From Telmatocola sphagniphila (GTDB lineage: Bacteria; Planctomycetota; Planctomycetia; Gemmatales; Gemmataceae), in the NCBI RefSeq assembly GCF_018398935.1, contig NZ_CP074694.1:5430001-5462000 (forward strand): a stretch of DNA of 32,000 nt. The letters run 5' to 3'. A program made the translations under genes and the position numbers. The notes below the pieces were generated by a model. That model had not been told where the DNA came from. It was given only the letters and a program-made list of their open reading frames with translations, and did not search any database. Positions 8,465 through 14,892 of the stretch are shown here, piece by piece (the first letter of the stretch is position 1; each line of letters opens with the position of its first letter).

Positions 8465-9604
8465 CTATGCCAGGATTTCCTTCAACGCCCCGGCCAGCAG
8501 ATCGATATCGGCTTCGGTGTTAAATGGTCCGGGGCTGACCCGCACCAGACCATCCGGATAGGATTTGAACGCTTTGTGAATGTACGGCGCGCAGTGGAGA
8601 CCGGGCCGGATGGCGATATCGAAGGCCTGATCCAGAATGCCACCGATCTCCGCGGCCGGTAACGCTTCGGTAAAGAAGCTGAGGGTGCCCACCCGCCGCG
8701 ACATATCCCGATGGCCGACGATCGTGAACTGGCCGATTTCATCCAGGTGTTTCCAGAGCCGTTCGACCAGTTCGACTTCGTGCTGGTGAATCTTCTTCAG
8801 GCCCTGTTCCTGCACCCACTGCAGCCCGGCGATCAGCCCAGCCACACCGAGCACGTTCGGCGTGCCGCCTTCGAGGAAATAGGGATAATCTTTCGGCTGA
8901 GTCTCGCTCGAGGAGTCGCCGCCGGTACCCCCTTCGCGCCAGGGATTCACATGCACCCCGGGAGCGACATAGAGCACCCCGACGCCCGTGGGGGCAAACA
9001 AACCTTTGTGTCCCGGCAGGGCCATTAGATCGATGTTCGCGGCCTGAACGTCGATCGGTAGCACACCAGCGGTCTGAGCGGCATCGACCAGAAATAAGAC
9101 GTTCTTTTCCCGGGTAATCTTGCCGATCTCCTCGATGGGTTGGGTAGTCCCCACCACATTGCTGCCATGCGAAATTCCGACCAGTCGCGTCTTCGGAGTG
9201 ATGGCCTTCGCAACCGTTTGCGGATCAATGGACCCCTGCCCATCGGACGGGATACGGGTCCACTCGATAACCCCGGCCAGTTCCAACGCGCGTAACGGCC
9301 GGCTCATGGAATTGTGTTCCATGTCGCTGGTGATCACATGATCACCCGGCTTAAGCACCCCCTTGATGGCCATGTTCAGGGCATCGGTGCAGTTCAGAGT
9401 GAAGATGAAGCGTTCCGGACCTTTGCCGTTGAAGAACTGATTCAGACGATGCCGGCCATCCGCGAGTGTATGTTCGGAAGCGAGAGCCATTTTGTGGCCT
9501 GCCCGTCCCGGATTGGCGAGCGAGTTGCGCGCGTAGCTGTCGAGAGCCTTGTAAACCGACTCGGGTTTGGGGAATGTTGTCGCAGCGTTATCGAGGTAGA
9601 TCAT
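8465..9604 (-). CDS. Class V aminotransferase-fold cysteine desulfurase family protein
   Basis: 'MIYLDNAATTFPKP' N-terminus, PLP-lysine block 'LPGHKGLFAPTGVGVLYV', and an active-site Cys loop 'IRPGLHCAPYIH'. Confidence 0.85.
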   Translation of the reverse strand: MIYLDNAATTFPKPESVYKALDSYARNSLANPGRAGHKMALASEHTLADGRHRLNQFFNGKGPERFIFTLNCTDALNMAIKGVLKPGDHVITSDMEHNSMSRPLRALELAGVIEWTRIPSDGQGSIDPQTVAKAITPKTRLVGISHGSNVVGTTQPIEEIGKITREKNVLFLVDAAQTAGVLPIDVQAANIDLMALPGHKGLFAPTGVGVLYVAPGVHVNPWREGGTGGDSSSETQPKDYPYFLEGGTPNVLGVAGLIAGLQWVQEQGLKKIHQHEVELVERLWKHLDEIGQFTIVGHRDMSRRVGTLSFFTEALPAAEIGGILDQAFDIAIRPGLHCAPYIHKAFKSYPDGLVRVSPGPFNTEADIDLLAGALKEILA

Positions 9605-9652
9605 TGAAGGAGTTCAGGGGAACTTAACGAGTAATTGGGTCGTTCATTGGGA

Positions 9653-9931
9653 TCAAATATTCTCTTCATCCCAGCTTATTTGAATAATTTCGAGTATGTA
9701 TACTGCCCGATGGGTGAAGTCGATGTGGTAGCAAAACCTCAGTAAGCCGAAATCATGCGTGTACAAGCCTTCAGAATGGTACTTACCAATCGAATCGGGA
9801 TGTCTCGAGAGAGCTTTATTAGCTATGTTTTCACAGCGGGTAATTTCATTTTTATCTGCTGCCGCATTATAGATTCTTGCCAAATCGAGATCGGCTCTTT
9901 TTTCCCAGTGGACGATAAAAGGGGGGTTCAC
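9653..9931 (-). CDS. RelE/ParE-superfamily toxin-like protein
   Basis: 'FIVHWEKRADLDLARIYN...' and the C-terminal '...HRAVYILEI' follow the ParE-like pattern. The preferred start is GTG 9931, which overlaps the upstream ORF's stop (GTGA). The track's ATG 9949 would give a 22-nt overlap. Confidence 0.5.
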   Translation of the reverse strand: MNPPFIVHWEKRADLDLARIYNAAADKNEITRCENIANKALSRHPDSIGKYHSEGLYTHDFGLLRFCYHIDFTHRAVYILEIIQISWDEENI

Positions 9932-10221
9932 TTTTCGTCCTCGGCCCAAAGTTTTTCCATAAACGCGAGAAGCTCTCCATCGGACATTGGAGTTCCTCGC
10001 TTCTCCAACTCTGCTTTCAGCAATGTCTGATGCTTGCGTACTTTCTCCGTGCTGATACCTTTAGTGGGAGCCAGCCGGTGCTGACGAAGCCGTTCCAGGG
10101 CGCGGTGAATTGAAGCGTCCGCTTTCACAATTTCCTGACCGTTGGCATCGACGACGCGCAACTGATCATTGGAATTCCGAAACTGCTCGGTTTGCTCTTC
10201 TGTTAATCGGATGGTAATCAT
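9928..10221 (-). CDS. Putative antitoxin partner (family not recognised)
   Basis: 97-aa ORF directly upstream of, and translationally coupled to, the ParE-like ORF. Begins 'MITIRLTEEQTEQF'. AT-richer than flanking genes. A TATAAT-like hexamer lies about 45 nt upstream on the minus strand. Confidence 0.45.
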   Translation of the reverse strand: MITIRLTEEQTEQFRNSNDQLRVVDANGQEIVKADASIHRALERLRQHRLAPTKGISTEKVRKHQTLLKAELEKRGTPMSDGELLAFMEKLWAEDEK

Positions 10222-10289
10222 AGGCTGTGCCCTTTCGGGTGCTACAAGAAATCCCTTCCTAATTATTATAACTGATCCGCACTTCCCTG

Positions 10290-11339
10290 TTAATGCCCGA
10301 TGTACTTCGAGTACAAGATACGTGCTTTTTCGATGTCATCGGTTCCCTTGATGATCGCCCGGCCATCGGGGAACACCGTGAAGTTGTAACTCTCCACATC
10401 GAACTTCAGCAAGAACTTATTGAAACTGACATTCCCGGATGAAACGAGGTTCTTGGAAAGATCCTCGAAATTCAGTTTCACGCCGTTGCGGTTGCTCACC
10501 TGCACGCTGTTGCGGCCGCATAGGCTCACGGCCTGGGAGCCCTGCATGCCTTCCAGCCATTCGAAGCGGCGATGCTTACAGCAGGGGCAATCGACCTTGC
10601 CCTTCAGTGGGGCGATCTTAATCCGGCGATTGGTGTTTTCCCACATGTCGAGATAGATCAACTCGCGATTGATCGCGGCGGTCTTTCCGGCCAGAATTTT
10701 GAAGGCTTCCAGCGCCTGATAGCTGGCGATCACGCTGACCACCGGGCCGAGTACGCCGGCCGTTTCGCAGGTGCCGACATCGCCTGGACCGGGGGCCGCT
10801 TCGAAAACGCAGCGCAGACACGGGGTTTCCCCCGGCAGAATAGTCATGCTTTGGCCGTGCGAGCCGATCACGCCGCCGAAGACCCACGGTTTGTTCAACT
10901 TCACCGATGTATCGTTGATCAGATAGCGGATCTCGAAATTATCGGTGCCATCGAGTATGACATCGACGTCCCGGCAGAGCTCTTCGATATTGGTTCGATC
11001 GATATCGGCGACCACCGGTTCGATGGTGACATTCGAATTGACTGCTCGTAACTTATTTGCGGCGGCGACCGCCTTGGGAAGGTTGGCGGCCACATCGGCT
11101 TCGTCGAAGAGTACCTGCCGCTGCAGATTCGAAGGTTCTATGAAATCGCGATCGATAATGCGAACGAACCCGACTCCGCCACGAACCAGGTGATTGGCGA
11201 GAACGGTGCCGAGTGCACCGCAGCCGCACAGGGTGACGCGGCCGTTGATCAGTTTTTCCTGACCCGCTTTGCCAATGGGGCCAAAGCGCATCTGCCGGCT
11301 GTAGCGTTCGGTCAGGTTTTCATCGAGTTTACGTTGCAT
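10290..11339 (-). CDS. ThiF/MoeB/HesA-family adenylyltransferase (E1-like), no rhodanese domain
   Basis: 'RYSRQMRFGPIGKAGQEKL', nucleotide loop 'LCGCGALGTVLANHLVRGGVG', 'DRDFIEPSNLQRQVLF', and zinc motifs 'CLRC' and 'CPCC'. The C-terminal ~90-aa domain ending 'FPDGRAIIKGTDDIEKARILYSKYIG' is as in Bacillus-type MoeB. Confidence 0.9.
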   Translation of the reverse strand: MQRKLDENLTERYSRQMRFGPIGKAGQEKLINGRVTLCGCGALGTVLANHLVRGGVGFVRIIDRDFIEPSNLQRQVLFDEADVAANLPKAVAAANKLRAVNSNVTIEPVVADIDRTNIEELCRDVDVILDGTDNFEIRYLINDTSVKLNKPWVFGGVIGSHGQSMTILPGETPCLRCVFEAAPGPGDVGTCETAGVLGPVVSVIASYQALEAFKILAGKTAAINRELIYLDMWENTNRRIKIAPLKGKVDCPCCKHRRFEWLEGMQGSQAVSLCGRNSVQVSNRNGVKLNFEDLSKNLVSSGNVSFNKFLLKFDVESYNFTVFPDGRAIIKGTDDIEKARILYSKYIGH

Positions 11340-11381
11340 CAGTAGTTCCGAATCTGAAATCGGCCGGCAGGGCGGCTGGGG

Positions 11382-11699
11382 TTATTTCACCCCGTTGGTT
11401 TCCAAAAAGTCTTCGAGGAATTCCACCACTTCGCTGGGCCACTTTTCCTGCTTAGCAAAACCTACCAGCGTAATTACATCTTCTTTCGCGCGGACCAGGT
11501 CGGGCCCTTTAAGCCGTTGCAGATAAGTGGCCATGTATTCCAGAGATTCCGTGGCCGCGACATCGTTGATGATGTCCTCGGCCGAACCTTCCAGGAGTAC
11601 GTAGCCGTGCAGCATGGCCAGGAACATCGGCGAGATGCCAAGTTCCTCCGGGATCAAGGGCAACAGTGCGACGCCTTCGGGGACTTCTTCCTCGGACAT
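11382..11699 (-). CDS. Hypothetical acidic 105-aa protein (no Cys) within the sulfur-carrier operon
   Basis: An ORF with normal GC sits between the carrier and E1 genes on the same strand. No motif recognised. Confidence 0.55.
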   Translation of the reverse strand: MSEEEVPEGVALLPLIPEELGISPMFLAMLHGYVLLEGSAEDIINDVAATESLEYMATYLQRLKGPDLVRAKEDVITLVGFAKQEKWPSEVVEFLEDFLETNGVK

Positions 11700-11728
11700 G
11701 ACAAGCTCTCTCGGGCCGTCCGAATTTT

Positions 11729-11775
11729 CGTACCTTCGCCGGGAACGATCCCGGCGAAACCTGAAATCAGGTACG
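11729..11775 (-). other. Strong intercistronic stem-loop between the carrier gene and the 105-aa ORF
   Basis: Minus strand: CGUACC-[11 nt]-UUCGCCGGGA-UCGU-UCCCGGCGAA-GGUACG. This gives a perfect 10-bp inner helix (11735-11744 / 11749-11758) plus a 6-bp outer helix (11729-11734 / 11770-11775). No U-tract follows on either strand. Confidence 0.6.
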
Positions 11776-11811
11776 AAGTCGGCAGACTATGCAGTTGATT
11801 TTATTCGGACT

Positions 11812-12084
11812 TCAGCCGCCCGCGACGGCAGGGATCAAAGCGACGAGGTCGCCCTCCTTCACCGGGCTTTGCAAGTCGTCCAGAAAGCGAATATCTTCAT
11901 CGTTCAGATAGATATTCACATGCATCTGAAGCTTGCCCTCTTTGAAGAGCTTCGGACCGATCGCCGGATGCTTGACGATCAGGTCTTTGAGAACGGCCTC
12001 AATGGTGCCGCCGCTGGTTTCCACATCGGACAGCCCGCCGGTGGCTTCTCGCATCGGCGGGGGGATCTGGACTTTCACAGACAT
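11812..12084 (-). CDS. MoaD/ThiS-family ubiquitin-like sulfur-carrier protein, CysO-like, ending in Gly-Gly
   Basis: 90 aa ending '...LVALIPAVAGG'. 'MHVNIYLNDEDIRF' closely parallels the 'VNIYVNDEDVRF' block, and the 'PAVAGG' terminus, that I recall for Mycobacterium tuberculosis CysO. Confidence 0.85.
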   Translation of the reverse strand: MSVKVQIPPPMREATGGLSDVETSGGTIEAVLKDLIVKHPAIGPKLFKEGKLQMHVNIYLNDEDIRFLDDLQSPVKEGDLVALIPAVAGG

Positions 12085-12118
12085 GAGACTAATTCCGTTT
12101 CTTTCTAAAGCTTCGCTT

Positions 12119-13378
12119 TTACGACAGCACCGGTACCGAATCGACCAGCGGGATGAAATCGTCCAGCGTCGGACGGATCACAACTGGCTGCTCGACCGCT
12201 TCGAAGATGGCGTCCTGCGTCTTCAAACCGTTGCCGGTGATGCAGATGACGATTTCTTCGTTACGGGGAATTCGGCCCTGTTCAATTAGTTTACGGCAAA
12301 CGGCCAGAGTGGTGCCGCCGGCTGTCTCGGCGAAGATCCCTTCGGTCTGTGCCAGCAGCTGCATGGCTTCCACAATTTCCGTATCGCTCACATCTTCGGC
12401 CCAGCCGCCGGTTTCCCGAATCAGCTTGGCGGAGAACGGTCCATCGGCCGGGTCGCCGATCGCCAGACTCTTGCAAATGGTGTTCGGCTTGCGGATCGGC
12501 TTGTGCCGGTCGCGATTGCTTTTCACGCAGTCGGAAATCGGATTGCAGCCGGTGGCCTGCGCGCCGTACATCTTGGTGGTTGGCGCTTTGTCGATCAGGC
12601 CGACACGATAGAGTTCGTGAAAAGCTTTGTGCAGCTTGCCGATGAGACTTCCCCCGGCCATCGGTGCGACAACGTGCTGCGGCACGCGCCAGCCGAGGTC
12701 TTCGGCGATTTCGAAGCCCATGCTCTTGGAGCCTTCGGCGTAGAAGGGCCGCAGGTTGATGTTCACGAAGCCCCAGCCGTATTTGAAGGCCACCTGAGTG
12801 CAGAGGCGATTGACTTCGTCGTAGGTGCCCTGCACGGCAATCACTTTCGCGCCGTAGATACTAGTGCCCAGAATCTTGGCACGTTCGAGATCGGCGGGAA
12901 CCAGAATATAGGCTTCCAGTCCGGCGGCGGCGGCGTTAGCGGCCACACTGTTAGCCAGGTTGCCGGTCGAAGCGCAGCCGACGGTTCGGAAGCCGAATTC
13001 GCGGGCTTTGCTCAGCGCGACCGAAACCACCCGATCCTTGAAGGAAAGAGTGGGGAAATTCACGGCGTCGTTCTTGATCCAGAGTTTTTCCACGCCCAAG
13101 GCATCGGCCAGCCGGTCAGCCCGAATCAGCGGGGTGCCACCGACCTGCGGTCCCACGGTCGGTTCGCCGTCCAGAGGTAAGAGTTCCCGATAGCGCCACA
13201 TGTTGCGCGGCCGCATCTCGATTTTCTCCCGGCTGATGCAGGGCTGGATGGCGTCGTAATCGTACACGACTTCCAGAGGTCCGAAATCATCCGAGCAGAA
13301 ATTGACGGGGGATTTGGGGTAGAGCTTGCCGCAGACTTTACACTGCAGGCCCTTCACGAAATCGGGAACAAACGGCAC
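12119..13378 (-). CDS. Threonine synthase-family PLP enzyme (ThrC-like, possible homocysteine-forming MetM-type enzyme)
   Basis: N-terminal zinc-ribbon-like 'CKVCGKLYPKSPVNFC', PLP-lysine block 'FPTLSFKDRVVSVALS', 'GCASTGNLANSVAANAAAAG', and a glycine-rich loop 'APMAGGSLIGK'. GTG start at 13378 preceded by GAGAGGA. A SAM-I riboswitch lies upstream. Confidence 0.85.
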   Translation of the reverse strand: MPFVPDFVKGLQCKVCGKLYPKSPVNFCSDDFGPLEVVYDYDAIQPCISREKIEMRPRNMWRYRELLPLDGEPTVGPQVGGTPLIRADRLADALGVEKLWIKNDAVNFPTLSFKDRVVSVALSKAREFGFRTVGCASTGNLANSVAANAAAAGLEAYILVPADLERAKILGTSIYGAKVIAVQGTYDEVNRLCTQVAFKYGWGFVNINLRPFYAEGSKSMGFEIAEDLGWRVPQHVVAPMAGGSLIGKLHKAFHELYRVGLIDKAPTTKMYGAQATGCNPISDCVKSNRDRHKPIRKPNTICKSLAIGDPADGPFSAKLIRETGGWAEDVSDTEIVEAMQLLAQTEGIFAETAGGTTLAVCRKLIEQGRIPRNEEIVICITGNGLKTQDAIFEAVEQPVVIRPTLDDFIPLVDSVPVLS

Positions 13379-13383
13379 GGTAA

Positions 13384-13519
13384 TTCCTCTCTCTCACGGA
13401 GTTCATCGATAACAAGAGAGAGTATCAACCAGATAGAGCTTCAGTAACTTCCACTGAAACTACTCAGAGATAAGAAGATGGTGCAGAACGATCCGAAAGG
13501 TTTTCGAAGGTCTGGCACG
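13384..13519 (-). promoter_or_regulatory. Riboswitch expression platform with an SD-occluding helix
   Basis: Minus-strand CUCUCUCU (13422-13415) can pair with AGAGAGAG (13394-13387), which overlaps the GAGAGAGAGGAA Shine-Dalgarno region just upstream of GTG 13378. GCACCAUCUUCUUAUCUC (13484-13467) is largely complementary to the 3' P1 strand and its flank (13533-13515), giving an alternative anti-P1 helix. Confidence 0.55.
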
Positions 13520-13649
13520 ATCTTATCTTCCCCGGTCGCCCGGGCAGGAATTAGCACCAGCATCGAAAGCCAGAATTGAAATCTGGGGAGTTTTCGACCG
13601 GTTGCTGTGGCATCAAAGGGCCTGCGCCCTCCGCCACTCTGGATAAGAT
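13520..13649 (-). promoter_or_regulatory. SAM-I (S-box) riboswitch aptamer
   Basis: The minus strand reads AUCUUAUCCAGAGUGGCGGAGGGCGCAGGCCCUUUGAUGCCACAGCAACC...GGUGCUAAUUCCUGCCCGGGCGACCGGGGAAGAUAAGAU. P1 is AUCUUAUC/GAUAAGAU. P2 (UGGC/GCCA) carries a GGAGGG...UGAU kink-turn signature. P3 is extended (CCGG.UCGAAA / UUUCGA..CUGG with inner CCAGA/UCUGG). The conserved J3/4 is 'GGUGCUAAUUCCUGC'. P4 is CCCGG-GCGA-CCGGG. This aligns nearly position for position with the Thermoanaerobacter SAM-I aptamer sequence as I recall it. Confidence 0.9.
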
Positions 13650-13684
13650 ACTCTGGCGCGATGTTTACACATCACGATTTCACC

Positions 13685-13713
13685 ATATTACATTGCCCGT
13701 ACGAACTTGGCAA
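13685..13713 (-). promoter_or_regulatory. Putative sigma70-type promoter for the riboswitch operon
   Basis: Minus strand TTGCCA (13713-13708), a 17-nt spacer, then TAATAT (13690-13685), about 36 nt upstream of riboswitch P1. The promoter consensus in this lineage is uncertain. Confidence 0.4.
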
Positions 13714-13827
13714 CAGCGCAGTTAAAAAAACCAACATCCGGTAGCGAAAAGACTTCCATCCGGAACAGCTTGCCCGGATTAACGGGAGCAAATCGCGAAT
13801 CGGAGGTCATTTCCGATCGGCCGCTAG

Positions 13828-14892
13828 TCATTTCCCGGCCGACTCTTCCGGGGCTTCATTCGCCTGCAGCACCCAACCGGCAAACAGATGCTGCACCAAG
13901 TTGTAGAAGATCACCGGCAACAGCACCCGGGGGTGAGAAGAGACGGTCATCGAAGCAATCACCAGGGCCGTGCCGTTGTTGCTCATGCCCAGGCCGTACA
14001 TCAGGGCCAAGCGTTGCTCGCGCGGCGATTTCAGGAGCCTCGACAATCCGTAGCCGGTGCCGAAACCGATGCCGCACATGCCGCAAACAAACAATAGCGT
14101 GATCAACAGGAAATCCCAATCGGGCTCGGCGATAGTCTGAGGTAACGAAATCGCGGCATTCGAATAGCACAGAGTCAGCAGAATGGCCGTGTTCAGAAGT
14201 TTCAGCCGGGGAAGGACGTTTGCCAGCCGAGCCGCACCGGCCAGCATCCGCACGCTAATTCCCAATAGCGTCGGCAGCAGAACGAAAGTGAGCATAAACA
14301 ACATGGTCTCGGAGCCGCAGAACGAATTGAGTAAATCGAGATACTCCCCCTCGGCCATGGGGCGAGTGAAGTAGAGCGAGATCGGCGTGGTGATCGGACT
14401 AAGTAAAGTTGAACCGAGAATCAGTCCCAACCCGAGCGCCAGATCACCATCGGCCGATTGCGTCCAGGCGGCGGAAGAACCGGCGATCGGCATCGAAGCC
14501 ACCAGAGCCAATCCCAGCAGAATGCACTGAACTTCCGAAGGGTTGTGCCAGTCGCTCATGGAAAGCGAGATCAGGGTCAAAAAGAGTAAGGGCACAAACA
14601 AATTGGCCAGCAGGCCCAGCACCAGAACGTGCGGCGCATAGACCAGCCGGGCTATTTGATCGACTCGAAGTCCCAGGCCCGCGTTGAAGAGCAACAGAGC
14701 CAGGAGCGTCGAGGTCAACGACAGCGGAATATGTTGCTCGCCGAGCCAGGCATGGCCGAGTTTCTGCGTGCGAATCCAACTTCCCAGGGCAGGGAAAAAG
14801 GCGGCAAGAACATAACTGAGTATCAGCAAATGCAGAAAGTGATGGTGCACGAATTCCGCAAGCTTAAACTTCCTGAGAGATAACGGGATCAC
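13828..14892 (-). CDS. Polytopic membrane transporter, bile acid:sodium symporter (BASS/ACR3-fold)-like
   Basis: 354 aa with about 9-10 hydrophobic segments. The N-terminus 'FVHHHFLHLLILSYVLAAFFPALG' and the 'MYGLGMSNNGTALVIA' block resemble SBF-family proteins. The start overlaps the kinase gene's stop by 29 nt, so an internal GTG start is possible. Confidence 0.55.
   Translation of the reverse strand: MIPLSLRKFKLAEFVHHHFLHLLILSYVLAAFFPALGSWIRTQKLGHAWLGEQHIPLSLTSTLLALLLFNAGLGLRVDQIARLVYAPHVLVLGLLANLFVPLLFLTLISLSMSDWHNPSEVQCILLGLALVASMPIAGSSAAWTQSADGDLALGLGLILGSTLLSPITTPISLYFTRPMAEGEYLDLLNSFCGSETMLFMLTFVLLPTLLGISVRMLAGAARLANVLPRLKLLNTAILLTLCYSNAAISLPQTIAEPDWDFLLITLLFVCGMCGIGFGTGYGLSRLLKSPREQRLALMYGLGMSNNGTALVIASMTVSSHPRVLLPVIFYNLVQHLFAGWVLQANEAPEESAGK

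Noticed and set aside
12503-13180. 225-aa plus-strand ORF inside the ThrC-like gene
   Set aside because: It is a shadow ORF. The minus strand carries the SFKDR PLP motif and continues the operon.
13724-13775. Possible intrinsic terminator of the BASS-like gene (U7 tract on the minus strand at 13730-13724)
   Set aside because: The only helix I could draw before the U-run is a 5-bp UCCGG/CCGGA stem with an 18-nt loop, which is too weak for a confident terminator call. It may still contribute to termination.
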